Source of the DNA: Dimorphilus gyrociliatus
Lineage: Eukaryota; Animalia; Annelida
Direction: 5' to 3'
Assembly (NCBI GenBank): GCA_904063045.1
Contig: CAJFCJ010000022.1
Span: 310,001 to 374,000 of the forward strand
DNA length: 64,000 nucleotides
This document shows positions 51,301 to 62,700 of this stretch, piece after piece (positions within the stretch are counted from its first letter, which is position 1; each line of letters opens with the position of its first letter). Under the pieces are notes generated by a model. It made no database searches. It had not been told where the DNA came from and saw only the letters and a program-made list of their open reading frames with translations. The position numbers and the translations under genes are program-made.

Positions 51301-52629
51301 AGAATTTTTGACAATGTTAGTTCAAAGTGTTTGTTTTTTAAGATTTCCAATTACAAACTTTAGTTTGTTTTTTATCTTGTTTTTATTATTATTATTTCTT
51401 TTATGGCCATTTAAACTTTGTCATTTTTAGTAGGTTTTTTCTTTTTAGTAAACATTGCGATAAGAAAGACAATATCTAAATATAGAAATAGATTTATATA
51501 TAAAATGTATATATATATAAAATACTTCTTAAGTTCTCTTAACTTATTAAAATTAGCCTGCTTTTTCTTTGTAATCAACTATTCTCATTTTTAACGCTTG
51601 ATAAATTTTCTTTATTGACTTTTTAAGGTGTTCTTGAATTGTATTTTAGCTTTGTAATATACACTAGATGTCCTTACAGGCTAGAAAAGCTTTCTTCGCT
51701 CTTATCCGTCAGGGAATTCGTGCAGCTCCAGTCTGGGACTCAAAGAAGCGTTATGTAATGGGCCTACTAACTATGAATGATTTTATAAGGGCACTCCATA
51801 AATTCTATACAACACCCGAACTAAAATTTGAACAATTCGACGGCATGACAGTGAGAGACGCGTATTTTGAAGTAAAACGGCCTTTTATTCGAATAGACGC
51901 CGAAGCTAGTTTAATGGATGCTGTTAAAACTTTAATAGACAATAGAATTCACCGGTTACCCGTTGTAGACGCGTCAACTGGAGACGCCTTATTTGTTCTC
52001 ACTCTTAAACGAATTTTAAGATATTTGTTTCTCCATTTGTTCGATATGACCCAACCTGAGTTTTTGGAAAAATCAATAGAAGGTACGAAACGTAACAGCC
52101 TATATATGGCATAGTGATAGCTATGTTGTTTGATTATTCACATTGCATATATTATTTCTGCTACATAGATAAATTCGTTTTCTTTCCAGAACTAAAGGTT
52201 GGAACGTTTAACGACATAATTTGCATTCAGGAAAATTCGGCAGTGATTGAAGCTTTACGTTTATTTATCGAAAGGAAAGTTTCTGCATTGCCAGTTATCA
52301 ATTCTTCAGGGATTTGTATTGATATCTTTACAAAGTTTGATGCTATAGAAATGGCTGCAAACGGATCTTATGCCGATTTGGATAAAGAAATACATGCAGT
52401 TTTTAATAATAAAATGAAACACACCAGGCAGATCGTTACTTGCAAAAGAACAGATAGTTTACGAACAGTTATGGAGAAATCTGTACTGGCTGAAGTTCAT
52501 AGGTTGATTGTTGTAGACGATGATATGAAAGTTGATGGTATCATATCCTTGACTGATATTTTAACTCATATAATTCTCAGGCCTTATTTGGCGAATGGAA
52601 GGAGAGCTTCTGAGAAGCCAAACGACTAG
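48399..52629 (+). CDS. PRKAG: AMP-activated protein kinase gamma subunit (four CBS motifs), divergent
   Basis: Exons 48399-48764, 50044-50181 (not in the ORF track: FMKAHKCYHVIPTSSKLIIMD), 51680-52082 and 52190-52629, all phase consistent. Hallmark motifs KAFFAL, GIRAAPVWDS, IHRLPVVD, VSALPVI, KFDAI, VHRLIVVD and GIISLTDIL. Confidence 0.92.
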
Positions 52630-53211
52630 ATGAATAAGTTTTAAAGAAGATGGTTTTTTTGAAAATGAATTACGTATTTTCTTGGTTATTTTCTTTTTTG
52701 TATTCTCAGTTTTCGATATTAATCGACGTATATAGTACTTTATTATCTATCTCTCTATCTGTCCATCTATCCTCTATTTTTTTCCCCTACGACCCGTTTT
52801 TCAGCTAAACCTTGTTTCCTTGCCTCGCTTAGTTTACTTTCCTCATTTTTTTTTTCATTTTGTCTATACCTACAAAACAAAAACGTCACTAAATTGAATA
52901 TTTACAATAATAATATCACTTGAATCGTCAGAATGCAAAAAAGAAAAGATTTCAAAATAATTTAACACAAAAAACTACCCAATTCTAATGTTTTTACATT
53001 GTTTTTCCGTTTATTTGTAGTAGTAAAGTACAATTCTTGTACTCATTTTGCGTCCTATTTTCTCTATGGATGTTATTAGCATCGATTAATTAAGTGCTTT
53101 GTGTTTGACTTTTAATTAATAAAGTCTTCTGAAAAATAATCTTTTTTTTCAGTTTAAAAAACAAAAAAGTTTAATAAAAAAGCATAAAATAAATACATGA
53201 GTATTAATAAA

Positions 53212-55500
53212 CTAGAGTTAAAAGCTTTGAAACTTTCTTTAATGGTTCTTACTATAAAAGTTTTTTGCGAAAAGGAAATACTTCGTTCGTCAAATACTTA
53301 TCGACTATCCTATACGGCATCCACAGCTTTTTTAATCTTCTCCAGTATATAGACATAATATTTTTGTTTTTCTACATCTTTCACGAAAGCAGTCTACTTC
53401 CTGGTTGGAAAATTTATAGTCATCTTATCTTGTTTTCACAGTTTTCTCTTCTCTTTTTCTTTTATAGCCATTTTCACCGAGAATATATTAAATCACTGAT
53501 ATTTCCCCCCACAAGATCCCGATTCTATTCAACTAAATGAAAGAATTATACAAACTTGTTTCTCAGTGATATGCTAGCTGTCATATTCTATAACTTCGTC
53601 TGTCTCCTAGTACCATTCGAATAGCCTAGTTTACTTGTCTATGGCTTTGTACATAATTTATGAATAGAACCAAAATGCAAGGTCTTTCCATCATTATCAA
53701 TCACTTTAAACCTTTTTAACGTAGTTTATAAGAAAACACGCACAGGTTTATTACTTTACTTTACTTAAGTAAATGAGGGGAAAAAAAAGTAAACTATTTT
53801 GATATAAATCAGGCAAGCTCTGATAGTTTTTTTCATAGAAATCATATGGTAAATAGGCTTGTAAAGTGATCGTAGACTTATCAACGATTATGTGACTAAT
53901 CTTTAATAATTTATTCCAGAAATAACCATCAATTTACTAATGCTTCATTTGTATTCATTTTACCAATATATCTTTCAGTCATCTCAATTAGAGAAATAGA
54001 TGTTTCTAATATTCTTGTTTTGAAATTTTTAGTATTCTATTTAACTGATAAATGAAAAATTCTTTACCTTATCTATTCTTGGACCGTTAACGCTTCAATA
54101 CTTAATTCAATTATATTGTTTTAACGCAATATATAAAGCTAATATATGAAATTTACCGACATTCATGTCCATTTGATTACTTCTACAAGGCTTTATCTGG
54201 CTTGAATATAGTACTAAAGCTGATGATTGCAAAGTGAACCATACATCGTATTTATCAACTATTAGAATACTATTCTAAAGCAGTGATGAAAACACAACAA
54301 CCCTGAAATTAGGGTCATTGACATTGCATAGTGCAGACGACATGTAACCAAGTTCTTCTATATTAAATATAATAATGGATGAAATGGTTTAATAGTTGAT
54401 ATTTAATTTTAAAGCACAATATTTTAGTACAATGGTCAGTTTAGCGTCAGGGTTTGAAAGTATATTACAGTATAACACAGTTGATTTGAATTAAAAGAGA
54501 GGGGTGCAGTGTTACTGGTAAAACTCATTATTTAACCTTTCGTGATACCTCATCCTCCGACCCGACAGAGTTGGCATTATTCACAATGTTATGATGAGAG
54601 AAAACAGCTGCCTTTGGGAATTTCAGTTGTACCCTGGAAAAAATTCGTCAATACTGCCCGGATAAGGGATGAAATCAACCGAACCGCTCTAAATTGAATG
54701 TCTATTGGATCATCAAAGTTTAGTTTACTTTGAACATCCTCAAGAGTGTTTCTATCTGTCGAATTTATAGTTTGCATAAGATCATTAAGTGGGAAACTGC
54801 CTCTAGAAGAAAAAGTTTTTTCTAATTACAAATACTGGATGTTTCATTATAAAATAACTAAATACCATCAAATAAGAAAATTATCTTTCAAGGTAATAAG
54901 CGATCGTAATTCTCGAACCAAGCATGAAACAGACTAGAATATAGCAATTACTTTAAATTGTTTATATCAAGTTTACATTAATTTACGAATGGTACAGGAT
55001 AGCAAATATGACACATTTCACTTTCTTGTTTTCTTCTTTTCTTATGTAGGAATAATTTGAAATGACTGATTTCTAAAGAGAAACTACAGCTCTTAAGAAG
55101 TTGACATCAAATTTCCTCATTACATGTTCCAATTCAGCTGCTTCGTACGATAGATTGACATTAACGAGAATCATACAGCATTTTGCAAGTATGTACTGTG
55201 CAATTACCCACTCTATTATTTGGACTCCAGAGTCCTTCTCTATCTCCTCGATGTAAGCCAATCGAAAAAGGTCCTCAGGCTAATTTTGTGGCCTAAAATA
55301 TTGATCCATAGACTGTTAGTTTATTGCCTCAAGATGTAATAGATATTTTTTAACCAATCATTGAACTAATAACAAGTTAAAGTAACGTAGTTCTTCTGAA
55401 CATTATCATTTTTTTATAAGGGCATTTTTTCAGCTCTTTCATCCGATAATTGGTTAGTAGGTTTTCTTCAGAACTATCATGAGCAAACTTTGAATTTCTT
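53212..55500 (-). pseudogene. ACSF2: Decayed, intron-containing acyl-CoA synthetase (ACSF2-like, AMP-binding family) pseudogene
   Basis: Collinear fragments on the minus strand: KLA*GPFSIGLHRGDREGLWSPNN (TGA at 55277-55275), a frameshift, then EWVIAQYILAKCCMILVNVNLSYEAAELEHVM; FDDPIDIQF, a 51-nt intron (54634-54684), GTTEIPK, an extra base, AAVFSHHNIVNNA; HCF...MYGS; KVIDNDGKTLHFGSIHKLCTK...LGY; GENGYKKE; TGED*KSC...FAKNF...KFQSF. Many stops and frameshifts. Confidence 0.85.
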
Positions 55501-55634
55501 TTAGCGGTCTTCTAAAGGCAGCTTTACAACATATGACAAAATAAAGTAAAAAGAAGTCTAGCAAATAGAGAACTCTAAAAGATTATTTAAGTTTTCAATA
55601 TAACCGAATAGTTTTGAACTATGGACATATGTCC

Positions 55635-55702
<68 letters not shown>

Positions 55703-55718
55703 AAAGAGAAAGAGAGAA
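55635..55718. repeat. Compound (TA)n(GA)n microsatellite
   Basis: A TA run with one TT interruption, followed by a GA run. Confidence 0.95.
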
Positions 55719-56384
55719 AGGCGATTAGGTCAGCATTTGTTAAAATTTAAGAAGATTCACTCTGGGAATAGAAACTCATTATCAATCTGAGGATCTCTTT
55801 TCCATATGATAGGATTGATGCTCTCGACTCACGTACTTTGTCTATTATGTAATAAATAATATAACAATTTTCACAGACGCATACAGCGGTTACATACTGA
55901 ACATATTGTAGATATTATTTTAATCTGGAATAGAAGCAGTTATATCTTTTTAAAGCCAATATGTTTGAAGAAATATGAAGAAACAAATGAATGGTACTAG
56001 ATATTGTGATATTACTATAGATTCTTTTCTCTTAGAAATTTAATTGTGTTTATACTTTTCACCTTGAAGTAGGTTATTATTATTACGAATATTTACGTGT
56101 TTTGGACTATGTTAGGAGCAAGAAATAAATATAGTGAGACATCTAGATTAAAGAAAATTGATAATCCGAAAAGTAATTTACAGTAGAAATTATGAAGAAG
56201 AGAATAATGAGATTGAATCTCATTGTAAAAAACTACTTAACTCACTTGATTCTAAAGAGAGAGAAGCAATTTGCTAATCATTAATTAATATGCCTTTATT
56301 GATAGTTGAAAGAAAACAGAATTATAAGGATAATAAACATAGAACTAAGAGAGATGACAGAAAATCGTACAATCTTGGCGCGGA

Positions 56385-57344
56385 ATGAACGACTCAGATG
56401 ATCTTGAATACATATTTAAAACATATAAAGCGTCTTATCCCCTTATAGCAGTTTATTCAATCGTCATCGCTTTAATATTAACTGGAAATCTGATATGTAT
56501 TGCTGTGATATTCAAATGGAAACAATTACAAACTAATGCAGGATGGTTAATGGTAAATTTATCTATTACTGATACTTTATTTGGTTTAAATCTTGGTATG
56601 AACCCTTTAAGTATTCTTTTTAGCGGTAAATTGCATATGGCCGTATGTAAGATAAATGCTTTATTAGTATCATTCTTTGGTGGTTTATCATTGGCAACAA
56701 TATTTTTATTAAATTTTGACAGATATCTATCAATTACTCGTCCAATGAACTATCATTTCTTAATGTCGAAAAGTAGAACCTTCTTATTAATTGGCTTTGC
56801 TTGGATTTTCTCTGCAATTTTGAATCTACCGTCATGGTTTACGAATAGAGTTTACTTTAATGTCAGTACGATGGTTTGTACGGCGGAAGTTCACAGTAAT
56901 AAAGTATTATGGTTAATTAGTTTATTTTGTTTATTTGGTTTAACTTCCTTTTCCCTTATATATATGTATATAAGACTTTCAATTATAAGTTTCAAAAAAG
57001 GTGTCAAGGGAAACAACAAAAAAGCTCTGAAAACGCTCGTTTTAATGCTTCTCTGCTTCTATCTATCATGGTTTCCAACAGTTTTGAGAATAGTGTTAAA
57101 AGCGAGTAAAGTGAATTTTGACTGGACTGCAATTGGAGAATTACTAATCACCTTAATCTTATTTTTGAACAGTTTCTGGAATTGTTTAATATACGCTTCG
57201 ACCAATCGTACTTTTAAAAGTTATCTACTTAAAACGATTGGTTTAAAATCAGCAACCGTATCTATGAACAACTCTCTTTCAGGAGGTCTTGCTAGGGTAA
57301 TAAATGCTGATACAGACCGGGATGGAGTGTCAATCATTAACTAA
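56385..57344 (+). CDS. Intronless orphan class A (rhodopsin-like) GPCR, copy 1, 319 aa
   Basis: Seven hydrophobic segments. TM1 GN, TM2 NLSITD, TM3 Cys and DRY, TM4 W, TM6 FYLSWFP, TM7 NSFWNCLIY, N-terminal NDS sequon. Confidence 0.92.
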   Translation: MNDSDDLEYIFKTYKASYPLIAVYSIVIALILTGNLICIAVIFKWKQLQTNAGWLMVNLSITDTLFGLNLGMNPLSILFSGKLHMAVCKINALLVSFFGGLSLATIFLLNFDRYLSITRPMNYHFLMSKSRTFLLIGFAWIFSAILNLPSWFTNRVYFNVSTMVCTAEVHSNKVLWLISLFCLFGLTSFSLIYMYIRLSIISFKKGVKGNNKKALKTLVLMLLCFYLSWFPTVLRIVLKASKVNFDWTAIGELLITLILFLNSFWNCLIYASTNRTFKSYLLKTIGLKSATVSMNNSLSGGLARVINADTDRDGVSIIN

Positions 57345-59267
57345 ATAATAGAAATGAAGATTTTTTCCTAATTAGGAAGGATTACTCTTTTTTCAAGAAT
57401 TAGCAATCTTTCAAACTATTTTATTAAAAAAATAGTTCCGGTTGTACTTGGCACGACAACAAAGATATGCTGCGATATAAATATATATTAATGCAGATAT
57501 TAGGCTATTAATATTTAATAAAAAAATTTTGGCAACTATTCTCAGTTATTTATTCTTAATTAAACATTCCAGCATCTTCGTTCAGAGTCTTTATTCCTTC
57601 CAAATGTAATTTCTTTCCTCTAGTATGGTATCATCTCTAGCAGTCATTCGATAGTCAGTTTCATCGGTTCCGAAAATCTAATAAACAGAACTGTCATCGA
57701 TACATCAAAGAATTAAATAACGTAACAAGCCAACTTGTTACCTACTTAAAGTCTATTTGGAAGAAAAGAGTTGCTTATTTTTCAAGAAAATGGACTTTTA
57801 TTCTTAAACTAATAGCAAGATTTCCTATGTGCTAATGTATAATAAAGACAGAAATAGGTATTCTTTCTATATAATAGGAATTCCCTGAAGATATGTTGTA
57901 TGGACAATAACCTATATAATTGGGAGAAATTAAAAAATAAATATTAAAAACATTTATACAACATAGCTTTTACATGTACAATATTTTTCATATAGACGGC
58001 GACAAGTGACAAAGAAACAACTACAGAGAAAAAGAATTTTAATCTGATGACAAATCTAATTTCCTTTGTGATGTACATGAAAGATTTGTTTTACATAAAC
58101 CTTAAACAGTTCACATTTCTTTCTTTTGTATCTGAAAGAAATGATAATAATCTCTATGATGAATTCTTAGTTGAATCGTTATTAACCATGTTTTCTACAT
58201 GATAAAAGCAACATTAGATATATACAGCTTAGACAAATCTCTTTTGTTGTTTCTTAAAACAGTTGCTATCTCATATAGGCCTAGTTTCATTATTGTAACT
58301 AGGGTCATATAATTTCCTTCAAAATGATATTTAATAGAATTGACATTAATAAGTAAAATTATATATTTCCCAGTTGCAAGGTTGTGTGGCGCTGTTTTTA
58401 GTATAAAAACAGTATGACAATAACATCAAATGTTTCTTTTTTTCATTTCAATAAAAATGGTCTAAAACTATGTTTTTCATTACTAAATATAACAAATAGA
58501 TTTGTCTAGCAACTGTATTCATTTGCTTTGATTTAATTATATAAAAACGCGACCAGTCTTAGGCTTAGATTTTGTATTCTGCTAGTGTTTAAGATGAAAA
58601 GAAATGGTGAATAACCAGCTAATACCCTGAACATTAATTAAACGAAACATTACCCTTAACTTGAATTACTTTATTAAATATGAAAAACTATATTATTAGC
58701 TTTAACTCGATTGTTTTTACATTATGTTCAAATGGAAAGAAAATCATAAAATATCATGAACAAGCTTGAACTTTTTATTCATACAGTATAAATACTGTAT
58801 ATAATATATATATCAAGTGCATATTGAAATATGCCCACCTCTTCTTTCTGCTATAGTCTTTAATCTATATAATAGAAAAATGTTGCTTTTAAGATTTGAT
58901 ACATTACAGAAAACTGTACTACTTAAGCTAGATTAGTATTTGATTTTTATCATTATCATAAGCTTTTTGTTATTCATTAAACAAATACAGTGTCCATATA
59001 ATATCGTCTATTTGTGTTAAGCTAGCTCTCCCTCGACTTGTAATCTTTTCATTTTCTCTCTTATTTTTTAATTGTCAACTGTTACATTGAAGATGCATTT
59101 TTTCTTCCCGGAGAAATAAGTAATAGCAAATTGACAATAGAGGGCTGGAGAATGATTCACTTGCAAAAAGCGATTTTCTATGATCATATGCATACTACCT
59201 GTTCCCTCAGTATTAAAATCTAACGGCTATAAATGAAAAGAGGTATGAATATTTGGAACTTTATAAA

Positions 59268-59332
59268 CTATATATATATATAAATTTATATATATATATA
59301 CTGTATAAATATATATATATATATATATATAT
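59268..59332. repeat. Interrupted (TA)n microsatellite containing a TACTGTA heptamer
   Basis: Direct reading; TACTGTA at 59299-59305. Confidence 0.9.
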
Positions 59333-60458
59333 AAAAGAATAAATAATAAATATTCATTAAAATCAGTCTAAACCATTTTTTTTATTAATAATACTTAATT
59401 AACTACAATTATTTATTTGTTTTGTTTTTGAGATTTAAAAGAATTTAGTCTTTCTATGATAAAAAAAAAGGTTCACTTTGTTAGTTGACCTTTATAGAGA
59501 CTTTTAAAGAAAATATACTCTGAAAACTTTTTCTAATGCTAAATAAAATACGTAGTGAAGACATAAAATATATTTTTTGCTATCTTCCGGAAATACATCC
59601 GGTATTATAAGTCTATTAATAAATTGTTGATAGATATTCTTCTAATATTTTATATATGCTTGTCCTTTTTTTATATATACACTAGGGACTTAGCTTGTTT
59701 TCTTCAATATCTGTTGAAAAACCTCAAAGAAAACCGTATAAAATAAATTAGGATTTAATTAAAATTTATCTTTGTAAAGCTTCTTTATCTTATAATTCTG
59801 TTCCTAAACAAAGTGTATATAAGACAACTAATTCGTAACCCTATCACTTTTGAAGCCTCGAAGAAATGAAACAGGTAAAAGAAAGGAATGTTTATCAACA
59901 TTCTAAAAGAGGATCAGTAATTTTTAAACAGATTTTTAATACAATACGTATTAGGGAAGACACAGTACAATTTATCAAGAAATTAAACCAGAAAAAAGGA
60001 ACAGATATTTAACGATAGGAGAATTGGGTGGACAGACAAAAGAGAAGGTAATTTAAATAATAAATTATCATACTTCTAAGCTTTACTTGAAATAGAAAGA
60101 AATCTTTCAGCTCTGTATCGACAAGTATTGAGTAGATTGCTTTCGATAGCATGCAATTGTAATAATAAACATCATAATTGATGAAGAAAAAAAGTAGGAA
60201 AGGAAAGAGGATAGAGTAAGAAGAGGGGAAGAGAAGTAGGGGGAGGGGAGTGAAAAGAACAAGGGAGGCAGGGACGATTAAGTGAAAATAGCTCTGCAAT
60301 TTGTAGAAAAGTAGTCTCTTTTGTAAAAGTTTATATTAGATTTGAATGGTTTGTGTATTAGTTAGATTTAAAAATAGAATTTGCTTTTAAAAAGAGTATA
60401 GGTCATGGGGAAAAGAAAGAGAATAAAAAAATTCGTTTGTCCTACCAGATTAACGAAG

Positions 60459-61352
60459 ATGAATGAAACAGAAAATATTTTCAAAGAATATACCATACCA
60501 GCTGCTATAACAATTACATTTACAATCACGACTTTGGTCATCGTCAGTACCAATATAATTTACGCGATCGTAATCATACGGTCAAAAGTTTTGCATAATA
60601 TATCTGGTTATTTGATGTTACATTTATCATTCAGCGATGTTTTACTTGGAATGCTACTTGTCTTTAGTAATTACGCAATCATTATAAATGGAAAACTAGA
60701 ACGGTATGTGTGTGCCCTTACTGCTGTTTGTACTCCCTTGTTGGCTTCTATGTCAGTCTGGACAATTCTCCTACTGAACATTGATCGCTACATCGCTATC
60801 ACTCAACCTTTTTACTATAATCGAATTGTTACTGTGAGAAATATGAGTATAGCGCTGTTGATGACATGGCTTTTGACGTTAAGCTTAAACTTAAGTCTAA
60901 TTATAAAAGGATCGTATACAGTTAACATTTTTACTTTAAAGTGTTCAGCAAGCTTTAAAGATAACAAAATCTTATGGACTGTAATCATCTTGTTTACCTT
61001 TATAATTTCGGTTATAGTATTTGTATTCCTCTATGCCCACCTAGGATACATAGCTACAAAGAGTAAACTATCAGGTTCCAATGTAAAAGCTTTGAGAACA
61101 TTAGCAATGCTTTTTTGTTGCTTTTTTGTTTCTTGGACCCCAATTGTTGTCAACATAGTCTCGAAAGCTACTGGAAAACCGATTAAGATGAATAGAGTTG
61201 GAAATGTCGCTATTTTAGTATTTATGTATATGAATGGGTTTTGGAATTGTGTAATATATGGAGTTACAAACAAACAATTTAAAAGAGAAATCTATAAATT
61301 TCTTGGTATAAAAACAATAAAGATAAGTGATGTTCAAACTTCTTGCACCTAA
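60459..61352 (+). CDS. Intronless orphan class A GPCR, copy 2
   Basis: ORF 60405-61352. The likely start is the second ATG (60459, MNET sequon), 10 nt after a cctaccag acceptor. HLSFSD, DRY, FFVSWTP, NGFWNCVIY. Confidence 0.92.
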   Translation: MNETENIFKEYTIPAAITITFTITTLVIVSTNIIYAIVIIRSKVLHNISGYLMLHLSFSDVLLGMLLVFSNYAIIINGKLERYVCALTAVCTPLLASMSVWTILLLNIDRYIAITQPFYYNRIVTVRNMSIALLMTWLLTLSLNLSLIIKGSYTVNIFTLKCSASFKDNKILWTVIILFTFIISVIVFVFLYAHLGYIATKSKLSGSNVKALRTLAMLFCCFFVSWTPIVVNIVSKATGKPIKMNRVGNVAILVFMYMNGFWNCVIYGVTNKQFKREIYKFLGIKTIKISDVQTSCT

Positions 61353-61797
61353 CTACACCCAAAAGTCCGACTATAGGGCTATTGCAGATGTCAACAACCC
61401 TACCGTAAGTTCTCATTTAGTAGTATCTATCTGTTCATTTCCGTTTTAGAAAATGTATATTTATTAATATTCAAATTTCTGTTTCTTTGTAGATTACGAA
61501 ATCTGATTAAATATAAAAGAAAAATGGGTCATTTTTGTTATCATTCATTAACTCTTTCCGAAAATTTCATTTGACAATTATACAATTATGATAGAATATT
61601 CTCCCACTGTTTCTTCCTCTATCTGTCTGTCTCTGTCTCTCTCTCTGTATGTATATCTCCCTCTCTCTTTCTCACTGTCACTCTATTTTTCCCTCTGTCT
61701 CCCTCTATATATCTACTTAATTCTATCTTCCCTTCATTATTGTTATAGTTTTGTCTGGAAAGACTTAAAAATTACTCTACGCTCCTAGTACGCTACG

Positions 61798-62700
61798 ATG
61801 AACAAATCGGATTATACTTATGATATTCAAACTGTACCAGCATTTATAACTATTACCTATAGCTTAGTTTGTTTCATTACAGTTCTTTTCAATGTGACAT
61901 ACATGATTGTTATTTTACGAAGGAAAGTAATGCATAACCCTCCTGGTTGGCTTATGATGCATCTATCGTTCAGCGATCTTCTACTTGGTCTATCTTTGAA
62001 TTTAAATGTTTACGTTATTTTGCTAAACGAGAGGACTGTACCTTTTGCATGCTTCCTTTCAGCGCTTTGTCCCGTATTATTATCTGGAACATCAATGTGG
62101 ACTCTTTTAATCTTAAATTTTGATAGATATATTGCTATTACAAAACCGTTTTATTATGAAAGAATATCGAATGGAAGGAATGTTCTAATTAGCATAATAA
62201 TTATTTGGATTGTTAATTTGACTACAAGTTTGACCTTAGCAATAAGAGGACGACAGATAATGAATATCAAAACGTATCAGTGTGTTACAGAATTTGAATA
62301 TAACGCGGAAATTTGGTTGTTTGCAATATCAGTGACTTATGGTGGAACTGGTATCTCTTTAATTTTTATGTATTCTCATTTGATTTGTATAGCTATAAAA
62401 AAGAAAGGACTTAAAAGGAGTAACAAGAAAGCCTTAAGAACTCTCTTACTTTTATTGTTCTTTTTCTATCTTGCCTGGACGCCAATTATATCCAATGTTA
62501 TATCAAAATCTCTAGGGAAGCCATTGAAAGTTAATCAAAACATAAACGTTATTCTAATTATTCTTATGTACTTGAATGGAGCGTATAATTGTATTATCTA
62601 TACAGCAACAAATAATAAATTCAAAATTGAACTATTTAAGTTTTTCGGTATCAAATCGTCGTCAGTAAGTGACTGTCACATTAGTGAATACAGAAGATAG
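61798..62700 (+). CDS. Intronless orphan class A GPCR, copy 3, 300 aa
   Basis: MNKS sequon, HLSFSD, DRY, FYLAWTP, NGAYNCIIY. A ctcctag acceptor lies 9 nt upstream of the ATG. Clearly paralogous to copies 1 and 2. Confidence 0.92.
   Translation: MNKSDYTYDIQTVPAFITITYSLVCFITVLFNVTYMIVILRRKVMHNPPGWLMMHLSFSDLLLGLSLNLNVYVILLNERTVPFACFLSALCPVLLSGTSMWTLLILNFDRYIAITKPFYYERISNGRNVLISIIIIWIVNLTTSLTLAIRGRQIMNIKTYQCVTEFEYNAEIWLFAISVTYGGTGISLIFMYSHLICIAIKKKGLKRSNKKALRTLLLLLFFFYLAWTPIISNVISKSLGKPLKVNQNINVILIILMYLNGAYNCIIYTATNNKFKIELFKFFGIKSSSVSDCHISEYRR

Noticed and set aside
57575-57700. Minus frame IFGTDETDYRMTARDDTILEERNYIWKE between GPCR copies
   Set aside because: Short, stop-flanked and unrelated to the GPCRs or ACSF2.
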